Below are positions 12,674 through 24,235 of a stretch of 64,000 nt of DNA, in pieces (within the stretch, counting starts at the first letter, position 1; every line of letters starts with the position of its first letter). A program made the translations under genes and the position numbers. Under the pieces are notes generated by a model that was not told the DNA's origin, ran no database searches, and saw only the letters and a program-made list of their open reading frames with translations. The DNA comes from an uncultured Acidobacteriota bacterium (lineage in GTDB: Bacteria; Acidobacteriota; Blastocatellia; RBC074), in assembly GCA_963796275.1 (NCBI GenBank), contig CAWCKY010000002.1:192001-256000 (forward strand), in the 5' to 3' direction.

Positions 12674-13066
12674 CTATGTTCTCCTCCTCCTACTTCCCCA
12701 GTCGAGCGCGCCTATCCGCCATTCGTAAATCAGGGCGGCGACCAGCACGCCGATGAAAATCAAGGCTCCCACGTAACCTGTCCAGCCCAGTTCGCGGAAA
12801 GCTACCGCCCAAGCGAAGATGAATACAGCTTCCAGATCGAAGATCAGAAAGAGAATCGCGATCAAATAAAATTTGGCAGAAAACCGTAGCCGGGCGGAAC
12901 CGGTTGAGACGATCCCCGACTCATAAGGCTCGCCCGTCGCTCTCTCCCGATGACGCTGACCCAGAAGGTATGACAGCGCCAGCATCCCGGCGACCATCAC
13001 AATCACAGCCACGAAGTAGACCGCGAGAGGCCAAAGAGTAATAGTCTCTGTTGCGGGAGAGTTCAA
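12674..13066 (-). CDS. nuoA: NADH-quinone oxidoreductase subunit A
   Basis: PYESG and KFYLIAILFLIFDLEAVF motifs; TTG start preceded by an AGAGGG RBS. Confidence 0.95.
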   Translation of the reverse strand: MNSPATETITLWPLAVYFVAVIVMVAGMLALSYLLGQRHRERATGEPYESGIVSTGSARLRFSAKFYLIAILFLIFDLEAVFIFAWAVAFRELGWTGYVGALIFIGVLVAALIYEWRIGALDWGSRRRRT

Positions 13067-13204
13067 ATTAATACCCTCTTGATCAGGTCATCGGTTTTGC
13101 CGGAGCGGGCTATCAAATGGGAGGATGAATAGTGAACGCACGATCAAATAACGTGTAATTCAGATAACCACAGGAGATTGCACAAGCTATTTACCGTACG
13201 ATTA

Positions 13205-13259
13205 ACTCTAACAGGAAAGAGCTAAGGAAGTCATAAATGAGCCATCAAGATTCCATAAG
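13205..13259 (-). promoter_or_regulatory. Putative nuo promoter: four 11-bp-spaced half-sites plus extended -10 TGtTAGAGT
   Basis: Minus strand reads CTTATGG..TTGATGG..TTTATGA..CTTAGCT (plus coordinates 13253, 13242, 13231, 13220), then 9 bp, then TAGAGT (13205-13210). Confidence 0.7.
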
Positions 13260-13312
13260 GGAGCTGGAAAAGACTGTTAGCACGGAAGTTGAATGAAGAA
13301 ACTAATAGACTT

Positions 13313-13378
13313 TTTACGCTGCCTTTATGGAATCTTGATGGTTTATTTATGACTTCCTTAACCTGTCACTGATAAAGT
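13313..13378 (+). promoter_or_regulatory. Putative two-component-system promoter: five 11-bp-spaced half-sites plus extended -10 TGaTAAAGT
   Basis: TTTACGC 13313, TTTATGG 13324, TTGATGG 13335, TTTATGA 13346, CTTAACC 13357; TAAAGT at 13373-13378. 13325-13360 is a 34/36 inverted copy of 13223-13258. Confidence 0.7.
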
Positions 13379-13526
13379 TAAGCGTTATCATAAATCTTAC
13401 TTGAGCACCGGCTAATTGACCTGTCGAGAGCTACGCTGACAGACTGTTAAAAGAGCGACGTAAAACTATAATCAGACAAACATTCATCAAGTTCATCAAT
13501 CAGTTATCTCTTCTATCTCTTCGCTT

Positions 13527-14603
13527 ATGTTACAAGTGATGCGATCTAAGCTGTTGCGCTATGGTGTTGCGGTACTGCTCGTAACGCTCGCGTTGCTATT
13601 GGCGGTGCTGGTTAGATCGTGGCTTGAGCAGAGCGTTTTCCTTCTATTTTTTGGGGCAGTAATGATGAGCGCCTGGTATGGCGGACTGGGGCCAGGGTTG
13701 CTGGCTACACTTCTGTCCGTGGGCATGATCGAATCCTACCTGCTTTCTCCAGCCCGGGGCCAGGCCATTCCGCGGTTGATCATCTTTGTGTTCATGGCTG
13801 TCCTGGTAAGCTCGCTCAATGAGGCGCGCAAACGGTCCGAAGAGAGGCAGCGCTCCCTGACCGAAGCTCTCAAACAAAGTAACGAACTGAAAAGCGCATT
13901 GCTTGCCTCCGTCTCTCACGACTTGCGAACGCCGCTCACTTCTATTCGCGCAGCGATTGACAGCCTGATGAATGAGGAATTCAACTGGGATAAGGCCACG
14001 CTTCGGGAACTCCATCTGATCATCAGCGAAGAAATTCATCGGTTGACGAAGCTGGTCGAGAATCTGTTGGAGATGGCCCGGATCGAATCGGGCGAGTTGC
14101 ACTTCTCACCGCAATGGGGATCGGTTGTTGAGATTTGCGACAATGCACTTGAGCAATGCGCCGTCGAGCTTCGCCATCACATGGTGCATGTGGATTGCCC
14201 CGAGAATCTTCCCGGAGTTAAAGTTGATTCGCGGCTGATAGCGGAAGCGCTGACCCACGTGGTCGAGAACGCTGCCAGATATTCGCCGCGTGGCAGCGAG
14301 ATACTCGTGCGCGGAAGACTCGACGGCAATCAACTGTTGATAAGCGTCGCGGATCAAGGACCAGGATTTGCGCCGGAAGACATAGATCGCATCTTTGATA
14401 ATTTGTACCGCAGCTCGCATCCGAACATTCATAGCAGCCACGGCACAGGCATGGGGCTTGCCATCGCGCGCGGGATGATCGAGGTACACGGCGGTAAAAT
14501 CCGGGTTGAGAGCGAGTCCGGTCGGGGGGCTACTTTCATCTTCGAGTTGCCGGTCGAGTATAGCGGGACGTCAGAATCCAAAGTTGCAAAGGAGACGCTG
14601 TAA
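13527..14603 (+). CDS. Sensor histidine kinase, truncated KdpD-like (DUF4118-type TM region + HisKA + HATPase)
   Basis: N-terminal hydrophobic helices with AWYGGLGPGLLATLLS; H-box LLASVSHDLRTPLTSI; ENAARYSP, DQGPG and GTGMGLAI. Lacks the KdpD N-terminal, USP and GAF domains. Confidence 0.9.
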   Translation: MLQVMRSKLLRYGVAVLLVTLALLLAVLVRSWLEQSVFLLFFGAVMMSAWYGGLGPGLLATLLSVGMIESYLLSPARGQAIPRLIIFVFMAVLVSSLNEARKRSEERQRSLTEALKQSNELKSALLASVSHDLRTPLTSIRAAIDSLMNEEFNWDKATLRELHLIISEEIHRLTKLVENLLEMARIESGELHFSPQWGSVVEICDNALEQCAVELRHHMVHVDCPENLPGVKVDSRLIAEALTHVVENAARYSPRGSEILVRGRLDGNQLLISVADQGPGFAPEDIDRIFDNLYRSSHPNIHSSHGTGMGLAIARGMIEVHGGKIRVESESGRGATFIFELPVEYSGTSESKVAKETL

Positions 14604-15292
14604 TGAAGAATCCGGTCATCCTCATAGTAGACGATGAATTACAAATCCTGCGCGTAATGCGGGCGAGCCTTCCAGCGCGCGGTTATGAAGTGCGGACGGC
14701 GCCCGGCGGCGAGGAGGCTCTCGACGAAATTAGCAAGGAAATGCCTGATCTGATCATTCTCGATCTGGTCATGCCCGGGATGTCGGGGCTGGAAGTTTGT
14801 CGTCGAGTACGCGAATTCTCTTCAGTACCGATCATCGTCCTTTCAGCGAAAGAGGCGGAAAGCGACAAAGTGGCGGCGCTCGAAATGGGCGCTGACGATT
14901 ACGTGACCAAGCCTTTTGGCTTAGATGAATTGTTCGCGCGCATGCACGCGGTACTCCGGCGCATCTCCGCTGCCGAAGCTCATTCTTCGGTGCTCACCGC
15001 TGGCGACTTGACGATTGAGACTGACGAGCGGCGGGTGACGGTAGCCGGGCGGGAAGTGAAATTGACGCCAAAAGAGTTCGAGGTGCTCAAGTACCTGGTG
15101 AGCAACGCCGGCAAGGTGGTCACCCATCGTGCGCTGCTGCAAGCTGTCTGGGGCTCCGAAGCCACGGAACAGACCGATTACCTGCGCGTCTTCGTCAACC
15201 AGCTGCGCGGTAAAATCGAGCCTGTTCCGCGACACCCCCAGTACATCTTAACTGAACCGTGGGTCGGTTATCGTTTTACCCCCAATGGATAA
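14603..15292 (+). CDS. OmpR-family response regulator, KdpE-like
   Basis: VDDE..DLIILDL..GADDYVTKPF receiver domain; winged helix with KdpE-type YLRVFVNQLRGKIEP..PQYILTEPWVGYRF. Translationally coupled to the kinase. Confidence 0.93.
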   Translation: MKNPVILIVDDELQILRVMRASLPARGYEVRTAPGGEEALDEISKEMPDLIILDLVMPGMSGLEVCRRVREFSSVPIIVLSAKEAESDKVAALEMGADDYVTKPFGLDELFARMHAVLRRISAAEAHSSVLTAGDLTIETDERRVTVAGREVKLTPKEFEVLKYLVSNAGKVVTHRALLQAVWGSEATEQTDYLRVFVNQLRGKIEPVPRHPQYILTEPWVGYRFTPNG

Positions 15293-15299
15293 AGATATG

Positions 15300-15339
15300 T
15301 AGTAAAGAAGTCATAAACAAACCATGAAAAACCTATTAA
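15300..15339 (-). promoter_or_regulatory. Additional copy of the half-site array, pointing antisense into the regulator gene
   Basis: Minus strand TTAATAG..TTCATGG..TTTATGA..TTTACTA (plus 15333, 15322, 15311, 15300). Shares TGTTTATGACTTCTTTA with the actA copy. No good -10 at the usual distance. Confidence 0.55.
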
Positions 15340-15934
15340 GGCACTAGATATTATCCCTGAATACATTCATCGATGCCTCCTGGTGCGGCCGAATATCTAC
15401 TCACTGCTGGACGATTCCTGGGATGGACGAATGGGAAGTCATTAGCGTCGTTGAAATGAATAGGAAGAGGAGCAGGTGGTTGATGCGGGCGCCTCATAAC
15501 AGGGTAGACACATTACCATTATCAACTCGTCCTCCTCCAGTAATACTTGTTGGCCAGTGGGTGTATAGAATAGGTAAGGATGGCGTGCCTGTGAACACCC
15601 GGATAGAACGGATAGCATCGGCGTTTACACTCGCCTTTTGCAGCGCGCGATTTCAACACGGTTGCTGACTACAATACTCACGCTGAGGTTGAACGACAGA
15701 GAGCTTACCGGCTTCGGTCTCTAGACATTCCCCGGACTTTTTGCGCCGCATCGAGTTGCGCTGATGAGAGCAAATTCGCCGAGCAAAATCCGAACGTTAG
15801 ATATTTACGACTAAAGGATTCCTTCACTTGGGCCACACATCTTGATCTATTATATAAAACATACTCTCCTTCCCATGGATTTCGCGTGCTTCGCGTTCTC
15901 GTACTTTCTACTTCAGTCCCGCGCTAACAACCTC

Positions 15935-16000
15935 TTTACGGTTTCCTGATGATCTCTTAACGGCTTGTTTATGACTTCTTTATCTCTTTCCTGCTAGATT
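15935..16000 (+). promoter_or_regulatory. Putative act-cox promoter: five 11-bp-spaced half-sites plus extended -10 TGcTAGATT
   Basis: TTTACGG 15935, CTGATGA 15946, TTAACGG 15957, TTTATGA 15968, TTTATCT 15979; TAGATT at 15995-16000. The 3' part is nearly identical to the nuo copy (TTTATGACTTCyTTAnCTCTTTCCTGyTAGA). Confidence 0.72.
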
Positions 16001-16087
16001 CGAATTTCCAATGAACATCACCAGCTCCTTCGAGATATTAAAGAAGCTCGAACGCCGTGGACAGACAGAAGTGAAAGAGGCGGTGAT

Positions 16088-16747
16088 ATGCCTCAGATTT
16101 TTCATCGCAGCACCAATACGATTTCGAGGGTGAGTATTTTCGGCAGCGTATTCATTTTGTCTTTTCTGATCTGGACGCTTTACCAATTGCAAAGCTCATC
16201 CTACAACACGCGTGCATTTGTCGCACGCGAGCAGCCAGTGCAGTTCAGTCATAAGCATCACGCGGGCGATGACGGAATAGACTGTCGGTATTGCCATACG
16301 ACAGTCGAGACCTCCGCTTTCGCCGGAATTCCACCGGTCAAGACTTGCATGAACTGCCACTCGCAGCTATTCGCCGACAGTGACTATCTGGCGCTGGTGC
16401 GCGATAGCTTCAAAAGCGGCAAGCCTATCAGGTGGACGCGCGTCCACGATCTTCCCGACTTTGCCTACTTCAACCACAGCATTCACGTCAACAAAGGCAT
16501 AGGCTGCTCGACCTGTCACGGGCGCGTGGACCAGATGCCGCTGACGTGGCAAGTGGCTTCGCTTCAGATGGAGTGGTGTCTTCAGTGCCATCGCAACCCC
16601 GCGGCATATGTCAGGCCTCGCGATCAGGTCTTCAATATGGAATGGCAATCGCCGCGCAATCAAATCGAAGAAGGAAAGAGGCTGGTCGAGCAGTACCACA
16701 TACAAAGTCCGAATGTGATTACGAATTGTTCAACCTGCCATCGCTGA
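16088..16747 (+). CDS. actA: Alternative complex III pentaheme cytochrome c subunit
   Basis: Five CxxCH motifs (CRYCH, CMNCH, CSTCH, CLQCH, CSTCH), QPVQFSHKHH and an N-terminal TM helix. Confidence 0.94.
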   Translation: MPQIFHRSTNTISRVSIFGSVFILSFLIWTLYQLQSSSYNTRAFVAREQPVQFSHKHHAGDDGIDCRYCHTTVETSAFAGIPPVKTCMNCHSQLFADSDYLALVRDSFKSGKPIRWTRVHDLPDFAYFNHSIHVNKGIGCSTCHGRVDQMPLTWQVASLQMEWCLQCHRNPAAYVRPRDQVFNMEWQSPRNQIEEGKRLVEQYHIQSPNVITNCSTCHR

Positions 16748-16763
16748 CAGTGAGGGCAAGCCG

Positions 16764-19700
16764 ATGTCTACAAAACACAATCAGCTCGATCTCGCTGCGA
16801 TTCGCGAGCGGCTCGGCACCGCGCGAGGAAAAGAATACTGGCGCAGCTTAGAAGAGTTGGCGGATATCGAGGAGTTCAGAGAGTTGCTGCACCGCGAATT
16901 TCCGCGACAGGCGTCGGAATGGCAGGATGGGGTTGGCCGCCGCAGATTTTTACAGTTGATGAGCGCATCGCTAGCTCTGGCCGGACTCACGGCCTGTACG
17001 CGCCAGCCGACCGAGCAGATAGTGCCTTACGTACATCCTCCGGAAGCAATCGTGCCCGGCAGACCACTCTTTTTCGCCACGGCAATGCCTATGGGCGGAA
17101 TTGCCGAAGGATTGCTCGTCGAAAGTCACGAAGGAAGGCCAACCAAAATAGAAGGCAATCCCGATCATCCGTCGAGTCTGGGCGCTACGAGCGTCTTCGC
17201 TCAAGCATCGGTGCTGACGCTTTACGATCCCGATCGTGCGCAAACAATAACCTATCTCGGCGACATTCGCCCGTGGGGCGCATTCCTGGGTGAAGTGCAG
17301 TCTGCGCTGGAGACGCAACGTGCGGGTAATCAAACGGGGGGCGCAGGGCTGCGCATTCTGACTGAAACCATCTCGTCGCCAACACTTGCCAATCAGATCA
17401 AAACTCTGTTCACTGAATTTCCTGCCGCGAAGTGGATTCAATACGAGCCGGTCAATCGGGACAACGCTCGAACTGGTGCAGCAATGGTGTTCGGGGAAGA
17501 CGTCAATCCGATCTATCACTTCGACATGGCCAATGTGATTCTCTCGCTCGACGCCGATTTTCTCTCCTGTGGGCCCGGCAATCTGCGTTACGTGCGCGAG
17601 TTTGTGGCGAAGAGAAGAGTGGAGGAGGGGCGCAGCGAGATGAGTCGGCTCTATGTGGTCGAAAGCACGCTCACCAATACCGGGGCAGCGGCTGATCATC
17701 GCCTGCCACTCGTCCCAGGTGATATTGAAAACTTCGCGCGCGCTGTCACAGTGGGGCTTGGCGTTCGGGGAGTCGGGGCAGAGATGATGCCCTCTTACTC
17801 GAAATGGGTTGCGGCGCTCGCGCGCGATCTCGGTCGACATCGTGGCCGCAGCCTGGTCATTGCCGGCGACAGTCAACCGCCCATCGTTCATGCACTGGCG
17901 CACATGATGAATCACGCGCTGGGCAATATTGGTAATACCGTCATCTTCACTTCTCCCGTCGAGGCTGAATCAATTGATCAGACCACACGCCTACGCGAGC
18001 TGGTGCAGGAAATGGAAGACGGTCAGATCGATACGCTCGTTATCGTTGGGGGCAATCCCGTTTATAACGCGCCCGCCGACCTGAAATTCGCCGAGCGCAT
18101 GAACAAAGTCCGGCTGCGAATCCATCTGGGTCTCTATCACGACGAGACCTCGGACCTCTGTCACTGGCATATTCCCGAAGCGCATTACCTGGAATCCTGG
18201 AGCGATGCGCGCGCTTTCGACGGCACAGTCAGCATCATCCAGCCGCTGATCGCGCCGCTTTATCAAGGCAAATCAGCGCACGAACTGCTCGAGGCTTTCA
18301 GCAATCAGCCGGAAAAATCGGGCTACGAGATCGTCCGCGATTACTGGGAGAGCCAACACCGAGCAGGCGATTTCGATCAGTTCTGGCGCGCGGCGCTTCG
18401 CCATGGGTTTATTGAAAATTCCGCGCTGCCACCTAAGCCGGTGACCTTGAAGTCGCCGGAATCGCAATTGCAGGCGGGCAGTAAGCCTGCGCCCCCGGGT
18501 TTGGAGATTATCTTCCGACCTGATCCATACATTCACGACGGACGCTTTGCAAATAACGGATGGCTGCAGGAACTGCCGAGGCCGATCACCAAACTGACAT
18601 GGGACAATGCGGCGCTCATCAGCCCCGCGACCGCGCAGCGTCTCGGTCTGACCTATGAAATCAGCTCGCGCGGAGGGGAGCACGGCCAGGTCTTCGCCGA
18701 TGTAGTTGAGATGCAATACGAGGGACGCTCGGTGCGCATGCCAATCTGGATTATGCCCGGCCACGCCGATGATTGCGTGACTGTGTATCTGGGCTTTGGC
18801 CGCACGCGAGCTGGGAACACGGGTACGGGCGCGGGATTCAATGCTTATGCAATTCGCACGTCCGATGCGCCATGGTTCGACTCCGGCCTCAATCTGCGCA
18901 AAACGGGCGAACAGTACGCATTAGCCACGACACAGTTACATCATAATATGGAAGGGCGTGAATTGGTGCGCTCAGCAACAATTGATGAATATCGCAAGGA
19001 TCCGTACTTCGCGCACGGGAAAGAGCCGGCGCCTTCGAAAGACCACACACTGTATCAGAACTTCGCGTATCCGGGCTATGCCTGGGGGATGACGATCGAT
19101 TTGAATGCCTGTGTTGGATGCAACGCCTGCGTGGCGGCCTGCCAGGCCGAAAACAACATTCCCATCGTCGGCAAGACCGAGGTGATGCACGGGCGAGAGA
19201 TGCACTGGCTGCGCATTGACCGTTACCACCAGGGCAGTCCCGAAAATCCGCGAACCTTCTTTCAGCCGGTTCCCTGCATGCATTGTGAAAATGCCCCGTG
19301 TGAAGAAGTGTGCCCCGTCGGCGCGACGCTGCACAGTTCAGAAGGCTTGAACGACATGGTCTATAACCGGTGCGTCGGCACGCGATACTGCTCGAATAAC
19401 TGCCCGTACAAAGTGCGCCGCTTCAACTTTCTGCTCTTCCAGGATTGGAACACACCAAGTTTGAAACTGCTACGCAACCCCGATGTCTCTGTGCGCAGCC
19501 GCGGTGTGATGGAGAAATGCACCTACTGCGTACAGCGTATCAATGCTGCCAGGATTCAGGCGGAGAAGGAGGAACGCCCCATCCGCGACGGCGAGATCGT
19601 CACGGCCTGTCAGGGTGCGTGCCCGGCTGAAGCCATCACTTTCGGCGATATCAACGATAAGAACAGTCGCGTCGCGAAGCTCAAAGGAGAGCCGCGCAAT

Positions 19701-19786
19701 TACGAGCTGCTCGCCGAACTCAATACGAGGCCGCGCACGACTTATCTCGCTTCGGTGCGCAATCCGAACCCTGAGCTCGAGGAGAT

Positions 19787-19790
<4 letters not shown>
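16764..19790 (+). CDS. actB: Alternative complex III subunit B (molybdopterin-oxidoreductase-like + Fe-S domain, variant Tat leader)
   Basis: [16 protein letters not shown] leader; [14 protein letters not shown]; C-terminal [37 protein letters not shown] and EKCTYC. Confidence 0.95.
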
Positions 19791-21227
<1,437 letters not shown>

Positions 21228-21719
21228 TGGCCGAGTTCGACAATCCGACCTCTCTGGTAGCCGCGACCAGCCGCGCATACAGCGAAGGCTATCGGCAGAT
21301 GGACGCCTACAGTCCGTTTCCGATTGAAGAGCTTTCTGAAGCGCTGGGATTTCGTTGGTCAGGCGTCCCGCTGATCGTGCTCATTGGCGGTCTGGTCGGA
21401 TGCCTGGGTGGATATTTACTGCAGTATTACATCGCGGCGATCTACTGGCCGGTCAATGTCGGTGGGCGCCCGTTCAATAGCTGGCCTATGTTCATCCCGG
21501 TGACATTCGAGCTGACGGTATTGTGCGCGGCGCTCTTCGGATTCTTCGGGATGCTGGCGCTCAACGGTCTGCCGAAGCCGCACCATCCGGTCTTCAACGC
21601 GCCGCGCTTCGAGTTCGCGTCGCGCGACCGATTCTTTCTTTGCATTGAAGCCACCGATCCGAAGTTTGATCAGGCGGCGACACGAGGCTTTCTGGAGAGC
21701 CTGGGTGCGCGTGAGGTGA

Positions 21720-22499
21720 GTGATGTCGCGAGCTGAAAAATCAAATATCGAAAACCGAAAGTCGAGGGTCAAAAGTGCAGGATTCTATTGCGAGCATTTT
21801 ATTTCACCCCGAACCGGCGTCATCGAAGCGACAAAAAATATCGGAAGCAGCAGGCGATCATTTTTGCTATTCGCCTTTTGCCTTTTGCCTTTCGCCTTTC
21901 TACTCGCTGGCTGCCGTCAGGATATGCACGATCAGCCAAAGTATACGCCGCTCAGACCCAGCACGTTTTTTGAGGATGGCAAGTCAGCACGTCCCCTAGT
22001 CGATGGTACAGTGCCGCGCCGCAACTTGAGAGAAGACCCATCCCAATCCGACGGCGATTCGAATGGAGGACGGTCACTTCGGATCGATTTAGCTTCTGGG
22101 CCTCAACAAACACAGCAACCGGATATTTCAAAAGCTATTACTCCCCCGATTCAGGTCACGCAGGATGTGCTGGATCGCGGGGAGGAACGATTCAACATTT
22201 CTTGCACCCCGTGTCACGGGCGAGTGGGCGACGGCAACGGGATGATTACGCAGCGCGGTTTCCGCCGCCCGCCGTCGTATCACATTGACCGATTGCGTGG
22301 CGCTCCCATTGGTCATTTCTTCGACGTGATGACGAACGGCTTCGGCGCAATGCCGAGCTACGCCGATCAGGTTGCACCGCAAGACCGCTGGGCCATCGCG
22401 GCTTACATTCGCGTCCTGCAACTGAGCCGCAATGCAACGCTCGCCGACGTGCCCCCTGGAGAGCGCAGCCGATTGAATGCAAGAGGGCAGGCGCGATGA
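21720..22499 (+). CDS. actE: Alternative complex III monoheme cytochrome c lipoprotein
   Basis: Lipobox LLAGC followed by RQDMHDQPKY; CTPCH; GFGAMPSY. Start position uncertain. Confidence 0.9.
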   Translation: MMSRAEKSNIENRKSRVKSAGFYCEHFISPRTGVIEATKNIGSSRRSFLLFAFCLLPFAFLLAGCRQDMHDQPKYTPLRPSTFFEDGKSARPLVDGTVPRRNLREDPSQSDGDSNGGRSLRIDLASGPQQTQQPDISKAITPPIQVTQDVLDRGEERFNISCTPCHGRVGDGNGMITQRGFRRPPSYHIDRLRGAPIGHFFDVMTNGFGAMPSYADQVAPQDRWAIAAYIRVLQLSRNATLADVPPGERSRLNARGQAR

Positions 22500-23677
22500 C
22501 CGAGATTACCACTTACGCGGCGCCGGCGGAGCTTGGCCGTTTTCAACGAAACGCGCTGATCGTCGGCATCATCGGCATCATGCTGTGCGTAGCTGGATGG
22601 CTCATAAACCCGGAACAGTTCTTTCAGTCTTACCTGATCGGCTATCTGTTCTGGATGGGCATTGCGCTTGGCTGTCTGGCCATCATGATGCTGCAGCACC
22701 TGACTGGCGGCGAGTGGGGGTTGGTGATTCAACGCCTGCTTGAATCGGCGACGCGCACACTGCCACTGATGGCAGTGTTGTTCGTGCCGCTTGCGCTCGG
22801 CATGAGCTATCTCTATGCGTGGTCGCGTTCGACCTCCGCTGAAGAGGCCGGAAATCATCAGGATACCTGGCTCAGCGTTCCGTTCTTTCTGATGCGTGCA
22901 GGCTTGTACTTTGCGATCTGGCTTGTCATGGCCTACTTCCTCAATCGCTGGTCGCACGAGCAGGATCGCGATGGGGACCCGCAATTGAAACGGCGCTTGC
23001 AGGTGTTGAGTGGTCCTGGGCTTGTGATTTATGGATTGACGGCGACGTTTGCCGCGACCGACTGGCTGATGTCGCTCGTGCCCGAATGGTATTCAACGAT
23101 CTTTGGGCTGCTCGTCATCGGCGGCCAAGTGCTTTCGGCGATGGCGTTCGCGGTGGCCGTTGCTGTTGTATTGGCTGAGCGCGAGCCGATGAATCATGTT
23201 TTTGCGACGAAGCATTTTCACGACCTCGGCAAGCTGCTGCTGGCTTTTGTCATGATCTGGGCATATCTCGCCTTTTCGCAACTATTGATCATCTGGGCGG
23301 GCAACCTCCCGGAAGAGATTCCGTTTTATCTGCCGCGCATGCAGACGAGCTGGCGCTGGATCGGAGCGCTGCTGGTCGTTTTTCAGTTTGCGCTGCCGTT
23401 TCTACTGTTGCTTTCGCGCGAACTGAAACGTCACGCGCGGCGATTGATCGCAGTCGCGGCACTCGTCATCGTGATGCGTTTCATTGATCTCCTCTGGCTC
23501 GTGGCACCGGAGTTTCGTCGTCAGGGATTCAAGTTTCACTGGCTCGACATTGTCGCGGTGATCGCGCTCGGAGGGGTATGGCTGGCGTTTTATTTGTGGC
23601 AACTGCGGAGATGGCCGCTCATGCCCCTGCACGATCCGCGATTGGAGGCAGCTTTGGCGCATGATGCGCGGCATTAA
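22496..23677 (+). CDS. actF: Alternative complex III subunit F (membrane)
   Basis: LQHLTGGEWG, DWLMSL.PEWYSTIFG, HDLGKLLLAFVMIWAYLAFSQ and NLPEEI motifs. Confidence 0.92.
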   Translation: MTEITTYAAPAELGRFQRNALIVGIIGIMLCVAGWLINPEQFFQSYLIGYLFWMGIALGCLAIMMLQHLTGGEWGLVIQRLLESATRTLPLMAVLFVPLALGMSYLYAWSRSTSAEEAGNHQDTWLSVPFFLMRAGLYFAIWLVMAYFLNRWSHEQDRDGDPQLKRRLQVLSGPGLVIYGLTATFAATDWLMSLVPEWYSTIFGLLVIGGQVLSAMAFAVAVAVVLAEREPMNHVFATKHFHDLGKLLLAFVMIWAYLAFSQLLIIWAGNLPEEIPFYLPRMQTSWRWIGALLVVFQFALPFLLLLSRELKRHARRLIAVAALVIVMRFIDLLWLVAPEFRRQGFKFHWLDIVAVIALGGVWLAFYLWQLRRWPLMPLHDPRLEAALAHDARH

Positions 23678-23696
23678 GATTTCAGGGGAGGTTGCA

Positions 23697-24143
23697 ATGA
23701 CGGATCAAGTCGAACAATCGGATGTCGCGCACGAAGCGAGTGATGTGAGCGTTCCGACCATCGTCAAATTCGGCCTTGCGCTGATCGTCGCAATTGGATT
23801 GGTGTGTCTACTGGTCTGGGGATTGTTCGCAGTCTTCTATGCGCGCGCCGTGAAGACCGAACCGACGCCGCCACCGCTCTATCGTGGTGAGCGGCTGCCG
23901 CCTGAGCCGCGACTGCAGGGCATGCCGGGACATCAGAGCATTCCGTCAGAAGACATCAAAGAGTTTCGCAAGAGAGAAAACATCGAACTCAATTCATATG
24001 GCTGGGTCATCAAGCCGTCCGGGCAACAAGCTGGGATTATTCACATCCCGATCGAGCGGGCAAAGAAGTTGATCCTCGAGAGAGGGCTGCCTGCCCCAAC
24101 CGCTAGCTCTGGGCAAAACAGGCCGCCGGAGAAGAAGCAATAA
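23697..24143 (+). CDS. actG: Alternative complex III subunit G-like single-TM protein
   Basis: One TM helix, PPEPRLQ and LNSYGWV..IPIERA; GGGGAGG RBS before ATG 23697; position after actF. Confidence 0.75.
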   Translation: MTDQVEQSDVAHEASDVSVPTIVKFGLALIVAIGLVCLLVWGLFAVFYARAVKTEPTPPPLYRGERLPPEPRLQGMPGHQSIPSEDIKEFRKRENIELNSYGWVIKPSGQQAGIIHIPIERAKKLILERGLPAPTASSGQNRPPEKKQ

Positions 24144-24235
24144 CGAGGTGGATCGTGAAGATAGAAAACAGAGCGGAAGGCTATCAACAATATGCGTCAT
24201 GCAGAAAGCGAATTGTCATAAAGGAGGAGCGTAAG

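Noticed and set aside
13223-13360. 36-bp inverted repeat as a CRISPR repeat, MITE or terminator
   Set aside because: The arms are inverted, not direct; there are no spacers, cas genes or target duplication. Each arm is better explained as a periodic operator followed by a -10.
15423-15668. 81-aa ORF and weak hairpin in the regulator-actA spacer
   Set aside because: No recognisable motif or RBS, and pairing is only partial.
15843-15857. TTGAT half-site as an FNR box upstream of actA (also 13079 near nuoA)
   Set aside because: The second half ATCAA is absent at the N4 spacing.
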